Part shown: piece after piece, positions 28,834 through 44,810 of the stretch
Layout of the letters: every line of letters starts with the position of its first letter
Numbering within the stretch: the stretch's first letter is position 1
Program-made: the position numbers and the translations under genes
Notes under the pieces: model-generated
What the model saw: the letters and a program-made list of their open reading frames with translations, nothing else
Told to the model about the DNA's origin: nothing
Databases searched by the model: none
Assembly (NCBI GenBank): GCA_963836665.1
Contig: CAWIKL010000004.1
Span: forward strand, 392 to 64,391
DNA: 64,000 bases
Source: an uncultured Acidobacteriota bacterium
Lineage (GTDB): Bacteria; Acidobacteriota; Vicinamibacteria; Vicinamibacterales; 2-12-FULL-66-21
Reading direction: 5' to 3'

Positions 28834-29499
28834 ATGACGTTTCAACCGAAGAAGTGGTTAATCACCTCGTTTGTGGCAAGCTGCGCCTCGGTCTTTGTAT
28901 GTGGTAGCGCGAACGCCACTCCGGTCATCGCGCCGATAAGCGACTTTGGTGCACCTGCTGTGACCTTCACCGGAGTGCCATCCGGTACCGCGTTGAACGG
29001 CCTGACGATCAACGGCTTCACGTTCAGCGAAACGATTTCGAATACATTTGTGAGCACGCTGAACGGCGGTCCAGGTGACACCACGAACATTACTCAGCCC
29101 TCCGCACTGGGAAATGCGAATCCCGCCGGCGAAGTGCTGACGATTCTCCTGCCAGATCTCATGTCCGAATTCGGCTTTGGTTATGCGGTCATCGCATTGC
29201 AAACTGTTCCGAACGCCGTAACCGTTACGTTGTTCAATGGGGCCACCAATCTGGGTTCGTTGAGTTACACCGGCGCGCCGGACCCCACGTTCGCCGGTGG
29301 CTTTGCGGGCATCGCCGACGCAACACCGTTTGATCGAGTGACGCTTTCATTCAGCAGCGTGGCGCGGGCTTACGATTTCGACAATATCCGGTCGGTTTCA
29401 GTGGTGCCAGAACCGGCGAGCTTGGCACTGCTCGGCACCGGTCTGCTGGCGCTCGGACGCCGCCGGTTGAGACCGCGACGACCCTTGCGAGCTGACTAA
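28834..29499 (+). CDS. PEP-CTERM sorting-domain secreted protein 4
   Basis: ATG 28834, with GAGGAG 12 nt upstream, gives MTFQPKKWLITSFVASCASVFVCGSANA... The C-terminus is VVPEPASLALLGTGLLALGRRRLRPRR. Confidence 0.88.
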   Translation: MTFQPKKWLITSFVASCASVFVCGSANATPVIAPISDFGAPAVTFTGVPSGTALNGLTINGFTFSETISNTFVSTLNGGPGDTTNITQPSALGNANPAGEVLTILLPDLMSEFGFGYAVIALQTVPNAVTVTLFNGATNLGSLSYTGAPDPTFAGGFAGIADATPFDRVTLSFSSVARAYDFDNIRSVSVVPEPASLALLGTGLLALGRRRLRPRRPLRAD

Positions 29500-30188
29500 C
29501 GAACCGCCACAGCCCCTGGCGAGGGCTTGTTCGAGTAGCTGATGATCTCGCGGCCGTCGACGACACGGATGACCTTGTAGATCGCGGTAGGCGAGTTGAC
29601 CGCGTGGTGGGCGTCGGTGTCTTTCTTGATCTGCGCGACGTAGTTGCGCGTTTCCTTGTAGGGCGGTACGGTGCGGCCGTACTTGTCCACGGCGCGCGGT
29701 CCCGCGTTGTACGCGGCGAGCGCCAGCGACACGTCGTTGTCGTAGCGCGTCATCAGGCTTTTCAGATAGGCCACGCCGCCGCGGATGTTCTCGGCCGGGT
29801 CGTAGGCGTTGGCGACGCGGTACTCCGCGGCCGTTTCCGGCATCAACTGCATCAGCCCCATCGCCCCTTTAACCGAGCGCGCACGCGGGTTGAACGCCGA
29901 TTCCGCCTGGATCACTGCACGAACGAAGTCGGGACTGAGCGCGTTGGCGGTCGCGTGCTCGCTGATCAGCGACTGGTACTGCGCCGCCCGAGGCGAGCCG
30001 GGCTTGGTCGCGCGGTAGGCGCTGCTGCCGTCGGAGCCGAAGACCAGATAGCTCTGAGCCAACGGATCTTTTGGCCGGTCGGAGATGATCAACCGCCCGC
30101 CTGCGTCCTTCCACGAGTAGAGCTGCGCCTGGGCGAGCGACGGGGTCAGCGCGCACAATGCGGCGGCGAGGACAGCGGTCCGGACCAT
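29496..30188 (-). CDS. lytic transglycosylase (SLT domain) with an N-terminal DUF4124-like segment
   Basis: It has the signal MVRTAVLAAALCALTPSLAQA, then LYSWKDAGGRLIISD, and the SLT core AVIQAESAFNPRARSVKGAMGLMQLMPETA..AYNAGP. A GTG at 30209 is an alternative start. Confidence 0.85.
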   Translation of the reverse strand: MVRTAVLAAALCALTPSLAQAQLYSWKDAGGRLIISDRPKDPLAQSYLVFGSDGSSAYRATKPGSPRAAQYQSLISEHATANALSPDFVRAVIQAESAFNPRARSVKGAMGLMQLMPETAAEYRVANAYDPAENIRGGVAYLKSLMTRYDNDVSLALAAYNAGPRAVDKYGRTVPPYKETRNYVAQIKKDTDAHHAVNSPTAIYKVIRVVDGREIISYSNKPSPGAVAVR

Positions 30189-30342
30189 TTTTACCTTGAA
30201 GCTCAACACTTTAGCGCAGACGCGCCGCTACCTGGAAGGCAAGGGGCCTGCCGCCATTGTTCAATGACTTACGGCAGATCTATCGGCTGCTGCGCGCCGA
30301 TTCAGGACAGGCGATTACAAAACTGAGGCGAGCCCTCTGACT

Positions 30343-33048
<2,706 letters not shown>

Positions 33049-33121
33049 CTGGATATTGTAACTAAACAATTCAACATGGCTGAGCTAAGAGGTCGTAACA
33101 GGCGAGTTACGATGTGGCTGC

Positions 33122-36851
<3,730 letters not shown>

Positions 36852-36861
36852 TCGAATCGCA

Positions 36862-37341
36862 TCAGATCGGATCAGGATCAGGGATTCCCTTGCGTGCCGC
36901 GCGAAGCGCGGCCGTGACTGTCCCAGGCGAGAACCCTTGGCGCATGAGGTGCTGGAACACGCGCGCGTAGTCCGACGACGTCGCAATCGGCTTGCCGCGC
37001 AGCTTCTTGCGGATCGCGGCGTTGACCATCGCCCGCTCGTCGACGTCGCCGAAGGCCTCGGCGAGGGCGGCGGCCGCGATGTCCTGGTCGATGCCCATTT
37101 CCTGCAGTTCGCGGCGGATGCGTAGCCGGCCGCGCCCTTTTACCTTGAGCGCGGTTCGCACATAGGCAGCGGCGACGCGGGCGTCGTCGAGCGCGCGGTT
37201 TTCGAGGAGGAGCTCGAGGGCGCGATCGACGTCCTCGCGCGCGTGATCGCGCTCGAGGAGACGGTCGCGCAGTTGCTTGACGGAGAGTTCGCGGCGGCCG
37301 AGCAGGTGCAGGCCGTCGACGTAGGCCGTCCTCTCTGGCAT
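36862..37341 (-). CDS. recX: recombination regulator RecX
   Basis: 159 aa: LLGRRELSVKQLRDRLLERDHAREDVDRALELLLENRALDDARVAAAYVR.. Confidence 0.85.
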   Translation of the reverse strand: MPERTAYVDGLHLLGRRELSVKQLRDRLLERDHAREDVDRALELLLENRALDDARVAAAYVRTALKVKGRGRLRIRRELQEMGIDQDIAAAALAEAFGDVDERAMVNAAIRKKLRGKPIATSSDYARVFQHLMRQGFSPGTVTAALRAARKGIPDPDPI

Positions 37342-37372
37342 GTGAACCCGTGATCTGCGGAGCGGGTTGTCG

Positions 37373-38567
37373 CTACCGCCCGCCGAAGCGTTCGATGGTA
37401 GGCATCGACTTGGGCAGCGCCGATTTCGCGCGCCGCCGGGGGCTTGACCCCGGCCGCCGTCCTGGCGGCCATTTCATCTCGGGCCATGTCGGTCGTGGTC
37501 GAGATGCCGGCGACCTTGAGCTTGAAGTCGTCGACGTTCGACGCCCAGCGCAGCGCTTCTTCGAGCGTGACCAGCTTCTGCGAGTAGAGGCCGAAGATCG
37601 CCTGATCGAACGTCTGCATCCCGTACTGCGACGTGCCCGCGGCGATGGCGCCGGCGATCATCGACGTCCGGTCCTTGTCGACGATGCAGTCGCGGATGAA
37701 GGCGGTGGTCGTCATCACCTCGACGGCCGGGACGCGGCCGAGGCTGTCGGCGCGGGGCAGCAGGCGCTGTGAAATCGCCGCCTTCAGCACCGCGGCGAGC
37801 TGGATGCGCACCTGGCGCTGCTGGTGCGGCGGGAACACGGCGATGATGCGGTTGACGGTCTCGGTGGCGTCGAGCGTGTGCAGCGTCGAGAACACGAGGT
37901 GGCCGGTCTCCGCCGCGTGCAGCGCGGTCTCGACCGTCTCGATGTCGCGCATTTCGCCAACGAGGATGACGTCGGGATCCTGGCGCAGCGCCGCGCGCAG
38001 CGCGTGGGCGAACGACTTGGTGTCGACCGCAATCTCGCGCTGGTTGACGAGCGACCGGTTGTCGCGGTGCAGGTACTCGATCGGGTCCTCGACCGTCATC
38101 ACGTGCGCCTGGCGCGTCGCGTTGATGTAGTCGACCATCGCCGCCAGGGTGGTGCTCTTGCCGCTACCGGTCGTTCCCGTGACCAGGACCAGGCCGCGTT
38201 CTTCGGAGGCGATGCGCTTCAGCACCGGCGGCAAGCCGAGCTCGTCGATGTTCTTGATCCGGGTCGGGATGACGCGCAGCACCAGGCCGATGGTGCCGCG
38301 CTGCTGGAAGACGTTGACGCGGAAGCGGCCGAGGCCGTCGATGCTGTAGGCGAGGTCGACGTCCTGGTTCTTGCGGTACTTGTCGAGCTGTTCGGGATTG
38401 AGAATCCCCTGCGCCATGGTCTCGGTGTCCGACCGATCGAGGCGCTTGTCTTCGCAGGCGACGACGAGCGTACCGTTGATACGCATCATCGGATAGCTGC
38501 CGACCTTCAGATGAAGGTCGGACGCGCCACTCGCGACCGCCGTCTGGAGCAGCTGGTTTATGTCCAT
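37373..38567 (-). CDS. pilT: type IV pilus twitching-motility ATPase PilT (3' end uncertain)
   Basis: It reads ASDLHLKVGSYPMMRINGTL, Walker A GTTGSGKST, ..ILVGEMRD..TGHLVFSTLHT. The last ~80 codons of track ORF 37140..38567 overlap recX and are Arg/Ser/Thr-rich nonsense. An alternative frame ends ..LPKSMPTIERFGGR* at TAG 37373-37375. Confidence 0.85.
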
Positions 38568-38597
38568 GGGGGCACCCGGGCCCGCATCTTAGCAGGG

Positions 38598-39569
38598 TTA
38601 GGCGCGCGCCGTGCGCGCGGCACCAACCGGCTCGGGGCGCGGATCGCCGTCGTAGACGAACTCGAGCCATCCGTGGCGGTCGCTGACGCGGCCATTCACG
38701 ATGTCGAAGAAGGCTTCCTGGATGGCGCTGGTGATCGGGCCGCGGCGTCCGTTGCCGACCGAGATCTTGTCCACCGACTTGATCGGCGTGACCTCGACTG
38801 CGGTGCCGACGAAGAACGCCTCGTCGGCGATGTAGAGCAGCTCGCGCGGCAGCATCTCCTCGCGCACCTTGAAGCCGAGATCCTGCGCCAGCGTGAGGAT
38901 CGAGTCGCGCGTGATGCCCGGCAGGATCGAGGCGCTGACCGGCGGTGTATAGATCGTCTCGTTGCGCACGACGAAGAGGTTCTGGCCGCTGCCTTCGCTC
39001 AAGTAGCCGGCGGTGTCGAGCGCGATGCCTTCGCTGTAGCCCTCGGCGACCGCTTCCATCTTGATCAGCGTCGAATTGGCGTAGTTCGCCGAGGTCTTGG
39101 CCAGGGTCGGGAAGGTATTGGCCGCGGCCCGCGACCACGACGAGATCTTGACGTCGACGCCGTTGGTCAGCGCGTCCTGTCCGAGATACGCGCCCCAGTC
39201 CCAGAGGAGAATCGCGGTGTCGACCGGGCAGGGCAGCGGGTTGACCCCGAGCGTGTGGTAGCCACGATAAACGATCGGGCGGATGTAACAGGCCTTGTAC
39301 TGGTTGGCGCGGATCGTCTCGAGGATGGCGCCGTGCAGCGCGTCGTAATCCTGGCGCGGCTCCATCCGGTAGATCTTGCAGGAGTCGAACAGGCGCTCGA
39401 GGTGCGCGTCGATCCTGAAGCAGGCGGCGCCGCGCTCCGTGTCGTAGCAGCGCGCCCCCTCGAACACGCCGCTGCCGTAATGGACGACGTGGGAGCCGAT
39501 ATGAATCTTCGCATCGGCCCAGTCGACGAGCGAGCCGTTCATCCAGATCTTGCCGGTGCCGAAGGACAT
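38598..39569 (-). CDS. ilvE: branched-chain amino acid aminotransferase
   Basis: 323 aa: IWMNGSLVDWADAKIHIGSHVVHYGSGVFEGARCY.. Confidence 0.9.
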   Translation of the reverse strand: MSFGTGKIWMNGSLVDWADAKIHIGSHVVHYGSGVFEGARCYDTERGAACFRIDAHLERLFDSCKIYRMEPRQDYDALHGAILETIRANQYKACYIRPIVYRGYHTLGVNPLPCPVDTAILLWDWGAYLGQDALTNGVDVKISSWSRAAANTFPTLAKTSANYANSTLIKMEAVAEGYSEGIALDTAGYLSEGSGQNLFVVRNETIYTPPVSASILPGITRDSILTLAQDLGFKVREEMLPRELLYIADEAFFVGTAVEVTPIKSVDKISVGNGRRGPITSAIQEAFFDIVNGRVSDRHGWLEFVYDGDPRPEPVGAARTARA

Positions 39570-39640
39570 GCGCTTACTCCTGCGGGGATCGTAGCATAGC
39601 GATCCGGCCCGTCAGCGGCCAATCGCGGATGGCCTCGCCA

Positions 39641-40630
39641 TCACTGTTTCTCATTACAGAACGGGCAGCGGTCGGTCCGCGCGTGCAGCGGCTTGCGGCA
39701 ATGCCAGCAGAAGCGGGCACTCGGCGTTTCGCGCGCACGCAGCCGCGTCTGGATGCTCTGCACATCGTCTCGGCCGGACCGTCCGCCGCCGGCCAGTGGC
39801 CGTGGCAGGCTCGACGGCGGCGGGGTCCGCGAGGCGGCGCGCGCCGCCAGCACGTCTTCGAGCAGATCCGTGGCGCGCTGATAGCGGGCGGTCGGCTCCG
39901 GCGCCAGCGCCTTCATCACGATGTCGCTGATGGCCTTCGGGATGGCAGGATTGCGCAGGCGCGGCGGCGAGACCAATTCCCCCGACATCAGCTTGTCGAG
40001 ATCCGCCGGCGCCGGTGTGTCGTAGGGCAGCACCCCGGTCAGCATCTGGTACATCGTGATGCCGAGCGAGTAGAGGTCGGAGGCGAACACTGCCTTGCCG
40101 TGGAACTGCTCGGGCGCCATGTAGGGCGGACTGCCGATCACGGTGGTGCCGTGCGCGGCGATCTCGAGGAAGCGCGACGTGCCGAAGTCGGCGACCTTGA
40201 GCATGTCGTGCTCGCCGACCAGGACGTTGGCCGGCCGCAGGTCGCGATGGATGACACCCTGCCGGTGCGCGTGGTCGACGGCATTGCAGATCTGGCAGGT
40301 GAAGTCGATCGCCCGCGTCAGATCGAGCGCGCCGCGCGTGGCGATGATGTTCTCGAGCGTTTCCCCGGGGACGTACTCCATCACGATGAAGAAGATCCCG
40401 TCCTGCTTCTCCGCGGTCGTCACCGCCACGATGTTGGGGTGCGAGACCGACGCGAGCAGGCGCGGCTCGCGCAGCAGCTCGCCGAAGTCGAGGTTCTGGC
40501 GGTGCGGGACCTTGATCGCGACCCGTTTGTCGATCCAGGTGTCGTTGGCGAGGTAGACCGTGCCGAAGCCGCCGCTGCCGAGCGGCGCGAGAATCTTGTA
40601 CTTGCCGAGCTGCTGGCCCTTGAACAGCAA
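39641..40630 (-). CDS. Ser/Thr protein kinase with a C-terminal zinc-ribbon
   Basis: It has GSGGFGTVY, VAIKV, HRDLRPANVL, DFGTS and APEQ, and ends CWHCRKPLHARTDRCPFC. The GTG at 40729 would overlap the divergent rsmE by 75 nt, so I prefer the in-frame TTG at 40630. The start remains uncertain. Confidence 0.85.
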   Translation of the reverse strand: MLFKGQQLGKYKILAPLGSGGFGTVYLANDTWIDKRVAIKVPHRQNLDFGELLREPRLLASVSHPNIVAVTTAEKQDGIFFIVMEYVPGETLENIIATRGALDLTRAIDFTCQICNAVDHAHRQGVIHRDLRPANVLVGEHDMLKVADFGTSRFLEIAAHGTTVIGSPPYMAPEQFHGKAVFASDLYSLGITMYQMLTGVLPYDTPAPADLDKLMSGELVSPPRLRNPAIPKAISDIVMKALAPEPTARYQRATDLLEDVLAARAASRTPPPSSLPRPLAGGGRSGRDDVQSIQTRLRARETPSARFCWHCRKPLHARTDRCPFCNEKQ

Positions 40631-40654
40631 TGGGAGTGAGAGCGAGTATACGTC

Positions 40655-41398
40655 ATGCTGCCGCGCTTCCTCGCCGCCATCGACACCGTCTCGGGCACCG
40701 CGCGTCTCGACGCTGACGAGACGCGACACCTAGCCCAGGTCCTCCGCCTCGGTCCCGGCGAAGAGATCGCCGTGTTCGACGGCGCCGGGCGCGAGTTCCG
40801 CGCGCGCGTCGAGCAGATCGCCCGCGACGGCACGTCGCTGCGCCTGATCGCGGAGCACGAGCCCGCGCCCGAGCCGGCCGTGCGCGTCACGCTGGCGCAG
40901 TCGGCCCTCAAAGGCGACAAGATGGACGACGTCGTCCGTGACGCGACGATGATGGGCGTGGCGGCGATTGAACCGCTCGTCAGCGAGTACACCGCGGCGC
41001 CGTTGAAAGCGGGACGCGCACCGGAGCGGTGGCGGCGGATTGCGATCGCGTCGGCGAAGCAGTGTCGCCGTGCGGTGGTGCCCGCGATCGGCGCCGGCAC
41101 GAACTTCGCCGACTGGATCGTGCGTGATGGCGATCTGCGTGAGCCGCGGCCGTTGCGCCTGCTACTGGTCGAGCCGTCGGCGAGTGTCGAGGGGCATCCG
41201 GCGTCGTCGCTGCAAGGCACGCGACCGGCGGACGCAACGATCCTGATCGGCCCCGAAGGGGGCTGGAGCGCGCGCGAGGTCGAGTCGGCCGTCGCGGCGG
41301 GTTACCTGCCGATCACGCTTGGCCGCCGGACGCTGCGCGCCGACGCGATGCCGGTGGTCGCGCTTGGCGTCTTGCAGTACCTGTGGAGCGACTTGTAG
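40655..41398 (+). CDS. rsmE: 16S rRNA (uracil1498-N3)-methyltransferase
   Basis: 247 aa: HLAQVLRLGPGEEIAVFDG..LAQSALKGDKMD..LIGPEGGWSAREV. Confidence 0.85.
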   Translation: MLPRFLAAIDTVSGTARLDADETRHLAQVLRLGPGEEIAVFDGAGREFRARVEQIARDGTSLRLIAEHEPAPEPAVRVTLAQSALKGDKMDDVVRDATMMGVAAIEPLVSEYTAAPLKAGRAPERWRRIAIASAKQCRRAVVPAIGAGTNFADWIVRDGDLREPRPLRLLLVEPSASVEGHPASSLQGTRPADATILIGPEGGWSAREVESAVAAGYLPITLGRRTLRADAMPVVALGVLQYLWSDL

Positions 41399-41636
41399 GC
41401 CGGATCTGACGACGCGGCCCGTAACCGCACGCAGCGCTGGCCTTCTCGGTCGCGCGATTCCGCCGCTGGCCGGACGTCTTCATTGTGTCGTTCGCCATGA
41501 CGGCCGCACGGATCATCGTCACGAGAGTCACGGTCACGAGACTCAAAATCCATCGAGATATCCTCCCGTCTAGAATCCTCAACGTTGGCTGAGCCGGCAT
41601 GGGGCGCCAGTAATTGAGGCGCTACAATGGCTATAG

Positions 41637-41789
41637 CTCGGCTGGCCGTGCATTCGCGGCCTTCGCATTCGTGTGAAGGATGTGCTCGGTCTCCTGGCGG
41701 CTGGTGCGTCGCTGGAAGAGGTCCTGGCCGACTATCCCTACCTCGAAGCGGAAGACATCGACGCAGTGCTGGAATTCGCCGCCGCCTAA
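41637..41789 (+). pseudogene. DUF433-like antitoxin remnant (C-terminal half only, no start codon)
   Basis: My translation gives LGWPCIRGLRIRVKDVLGLLAAGASLEEVLADYPYLEAEDIDAVLEFAAA*. This parallels the C-terminal half of the intact DUF433 gene 41817..42068. Confidence 0.5.
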
Positions 41790-41816
41790 TGGCACGCTCG
41801 AAGAACGAGGCTTGGC

Positions 41817-42068
41817 ATGACGTTCACAGATCGCATAGAAATGAACCCGCGGGTGATGCTTGGGAAGCCCGTCATCCGTGGAACGCGGATTCCGGTCGAA
41901 CTGATCCTTCGCAAACTGAGCGAAGGGGCCTCCGAAGCGGACCTCCTGGACGCCTATCCCAACCTCGCTCGCGAGGATATCCAGGCGGCGATGCGATACG
42001 CGGCGGACACCATCGCCCACGAAGAGGTCGTCTTCATCGGCAAGGACTCCAGCGCCCGCCAAGAGTAG
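41817..42068 (+). CDS. DUF433-family (antitoxin-like) protein
   Basis: 83 aa: NPRVMLGKPVIRGTRIPVELILRKLSEGASEADLLDAYPNLAREDIQAAMRYA. Confidence 0.8.
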   Translation: MTFTDRIEMNPRVMLGKPVIRGTRIPVELILRKLSEGASEADLLDAYPNLAREDIQAAMRYAADTIAHEEVVFIGKDSSARQE

Positions 42069-42071
42069 CCG

Positions 42072-42288
42072 GTGCGATTCCTTGCTGACGAGAGTTGCGA
42101 TTTCGCTGTCGTCACCGCTCTTCGCGCAGCCGGCCACGACGTCTCGGCCATCGTAGAGATCAATCCTGGCGCTGAGGACGACATGGTCCTTGCAATGGCC
42201 CGGTATGAATCGCGCGTGCTTCTGACCGAAGACAAGGACTTCGGTCGTCGAACTTGTCCACCAACTCGTGACCGAATTGCCAGGGTAA
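42072..42288 (+). pseudogene. DUF5615/PIN-like toxin-type gene, frame-shifted and truncated
   Basis: MRFLADESCDFAVVTALRAAGHDVSAIVEINPGAEDDMVLAMARYESRVLLTEDKDFG is family-typical. After ~42243-42249 the sense continues one frame over as (V)ELVHQLVTELPG* and stops at 42286-42288. The rest of track ORF 42072..43304 is antisense to prmA. Confidence 0.6.
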
Positions 42289-42337
42289 TCAGGGGCAGCG
42301 GTTTAGCGCGGACCCGGTTGCCCCCTTTCGCGGAACT

Positions 42338-43157
42338 TCAGGCCCGGCGCAACGTCAGGGCAGCCCAGTCCGCTTCCGACGACTCGTCCACCACCTGCAG
42401 TCCCTTGAACGCCGTGCGGACGACGGCGGCGTCCTGGGGAGCGAAGCCGCTGAGGATCAGATATCCGCCGTCGACGGCGAGGCCGGTCAGCGCCTCCGCA
42501 TGCCGGACGAGGACGGCGCCGGTCAGGTTGGCCAGGACGATGTCCGCGCGCTCGATGCGCAGGCCGCGCAGATCGTCATGGATGATGTCGATCGAGGGGC
42601 CGGCGCCATTGCGGGCGATGTTCTCGCGCGCGTTTTCCAGGGCATCGGCGTCGTTGTCAACCGCCGTCACCTCGGCCGCGCCCAGCTTCCACGCCGCCAG
42701 CGCGAGGACACCCGAATCCCGTGCCGACGTCGAGCACGCGCGCGCCACGTACCTCGAGGCGCTGCAGCATCCGCAGGCAGAGGCGCGTCGTCGCATGGTG
42801 CCCCGTGCCGAAGCCCATCGACGGCTCGATGATGATCACCGGCGTCGATCCTTTTGGTACGTCCCACGGCGGGGCGATGACCAGGCCGCCGGCCTCAATC
42901 GCGCGCAGGTTGTCCTGCGAGCGGCGCGCCCAGTCCTCGTCCGACACGCTGATCGGCGCCGCGTCCACGCGCGTCCGATCGACGACGGCGCGCTGTGCGG
43001 CGTCGCGCCCGTCGCTGGACTGGAAGAAGACGCGGATGCCGCCGTCCGTCTCGTGGACCGCGACCGGGTCGAAATCGTCGAGCAGGGCGTAGAGGCGATC
43101 GAGCAGAACGGAGTCGTCGGCGTCGCAGGGAATGTCGAGCGCCGGGTAATCAGCCAA
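42338..43157 (-). CDS. prmA: ribosomal protein L11 methyltransferase (frame break at ~42713-42717)
   Basis: The N-terminal piece ends ..IIIEPSMGFGTGHHATTRLCLRMLQ..RVLDVGTG. Removing one T continues SGVLALAAWKLGAAEVTAVDNDADALENARENI..ANLTGAVL.. in ORF 42338..42796. It follows dnaJ, as in many bacteria. Confidence 0.85.
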
Positions 43158-44289
43158 AGATGTCCTTCACCTTTTCGAAGAACGGCTTTTCGCCGGCCTC
43201 CGTGGCCCCCGGCTCGAACGCTTCCTGCGGCATCGTCTTGGCCAACTCCTCGAGCAGGCGTTTCTGCTCCTTGGTCAACTTCTTCGGCACCGCGACGCGG
43301 GTGATGACGTAGAGATCGCCGTGGCCGCGCCCCGACACGTTGGGCATGCCCTTGCCGCGCAGCTTGAACCGCGCACCGGCCTGCGTCGCAGCCGGAATCT
43401 TCAGCGAGTCTTCGCCGTCGACGAGCGGGACCTTGACGTCGGCGCCAAGCGCCAGGACCGGGAACGTCACCGGCAGCTCGCAGTACAGATCGTCCTCCTC
43501 GCGATGGAAGAACGGATGCTCCTGGACGTGGACGACAACGTAGAGATCGCCGGGCGGGCCGCCCGCGCTGCCGTGTTCTCCCTCGCCGTAGAGACGCAGC
43601 CGCTGACCGGTGGCGATGCCGGCCGGGATCTTCGCGGTGAGCTTGCGCTCGCGGCCGACGCGGCCGGCTCCACGACAGGCCTGACAGGGTCGGCTGATCA
43701 CGCGTCCGCTGCCGCGGCAGGTTGAGCAGGGGCGCGCCACGGTGAGGAAGCCCTGCTGGAAGCGGAGTTGCCCCTGGCCCTTGCAGTGCGGGCACACCTC
43801 GGGTGCGCTGCCCGCGGCTGCGCCTGATCCGCTGCAGGTCTCGCACGTTTCTTCACGCGGAATCTGGATCGCGGTCTCGGTGCCGGCGTAGGACTCTTCG
43901 AACGAGATCTCCAGGTCGTAGCGCAGGTCCGCGCCGCGCTGCGGGCCGCCGCGGCGGCGCCGGCCGCCGAAGAGGTCGCCGAAGCCGAAGATGTCGCCGA
44001 GATTGCCGAAGATGTCTTCGAAGCCGGCGAACGCGTTCGGATCGAAGCCGCCGGCGGCGGCGCCGCTGACGCCGGCGTGGCCGTAGCGATCGTAGAGCGC
44101 CCGCTTGTCGCGATCGCAGAGGACCGCGTAGGCTTCGGCCGCTTCCTTGAAGCGCTCTTCCGCTTCGGCGCTGCCCGGATTGCGGTCCGGATGGTGTTGC
44201 AGCGCGAGTTTGCGATACGCGCTCTTCAGCTGCTGGTCGGTGGCCGTGCGCTCGACGGCGAGGACCTCGTAGTAATCCCGCTTGCTCAC
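43150..44289 (-). CDS. dnaJ: molecular chaperone DnaJ
   Basis: It has a J domain (DYYEVLAVERTATDQQLKSAYRKLALQHHPDRN), a G/F region and four CxxCxGxG zinc motifs. Confidence 0.97.
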   Translation of the reverse strand: MSKRDYYEVLAVERTATDQQLKSAYRKLALQHHPDRNPGSAEAEERFKEAAEAYAVLCDRDKRALYDRYGHAGVSGAAAGGFDPNAFAGFEDIFGNLGDIFGFGDLFGGRRRRGGPQRGADLRYDLEISFEESYAGTETAIQIPREETCETCSGSGAAAGSAPEVCPHCKGQGQLRFQQGFLTVARPCSTCRGSGRVISRPCQACRGAGRVGRERKLTAKIPAGIATGQRLRLYGEGEHGSAGGPPGDLYVVVHVQEHPFFHREEDDLYCELPVTFPVLALGADVKVPLVDGEDSLKIPAATQAGARFKLRGKGMPNVSGRGHGDLYVITRVAVPKKLTKEQKRLLEELAKTMPQEAFEPGATEAGEKPFFEKVKDIFG

Positions 44290-44807
44290 CCTTTGGCCAC
44301 CTTCACCATTGCCGGCCGCAGCAGGCGATCGCCGAGCATGTAGCCGCGGCGGAATTCCTCGATCACTTCGCCTTCACGCCGCCCTTCGGCCGGATCGTGC
44401 GCGACGGCCATGTGGAAGTGCGGATCGAAATCGGCGCCGAGTACCTCGATCGGCCTGACGCCGCGCTTGCGCAGGATCTCGAGCATCTGCTTGTGGATCA
44501 GCTCGACGCCCTTGCGGACCGCGTCGCCGGCGTCGCCGCCGGGATCCGCCTTGAGGGCGCGCTCCATGTCGTCCACCAGCGGCAGCAGCTCGGTCAGCAG
44601 GTCGGCTGCCGCCGCTTCCGAGAGCTGGATGCGCTCGCGCTCGGTGCGCTTGCGGTAGTTGTCGAATTCCGCCGTCTTGCGCAGCAGGCGGTCGTAGTAG
44701 TCGTCGCGCTGCTGTTTCAGCGCGGCCGCGTCGAGCGAGGTGCCGGCCGGCTCCGGTGGCGCCGCGGCACTGGTCTGCCCGGAGGTGTCGTTGAGTTCGT
44801 CTTCCAT
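44286..44807 (-). CDS. grpE: nucleotide exchange factor GrpE
   Basis: 173 aa: ..LRKTAEFDNYRKRTERE..FDPHFHMAVA.. Confidence 0.95.
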   Translation of the reverse strand: MEDELNDTSGQTSAAAPPEPAGTSLDAAALKQQRDDYYDRLLRKTAEFDNYRKRTERERIQLSEAAAADLLTELLPLVDDMERALKADPGGDAGDAVRKGVELIHKQMLEILRKRGVRPIEVLGADFDPHFHMAVAHDPAEGRREGEVIEEFRRGYMLGDRLLRPAMVKVAKG

Positions 44808-44810
44808 GAG

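Noticed and set aside
28605-28845. Minus-strand ORFs (69 and 93 aa) in the padR / PEP-CTERM 4 divergent spacer.
   Set aside because: They have no ribosome-binding site and atypical composition. They overlap the leader and start of the well-supported PEP-CTERM gene.
41302-41600. Small minus-strand ORFs with a strong GGGAGG-N8-ATG at 41553 (MDFESRDRDSRDDD..) and an overlapping frame with a hydrophobic stretch (WILSLVTVTLVTMIRAAVMA).
   Set aside because: Both frames run about 90-100 nt into the 3' end of the convergent rsmE, and neither gives a recognisable protein. It could be a frame-shifted small gene, but I cannot support a call.
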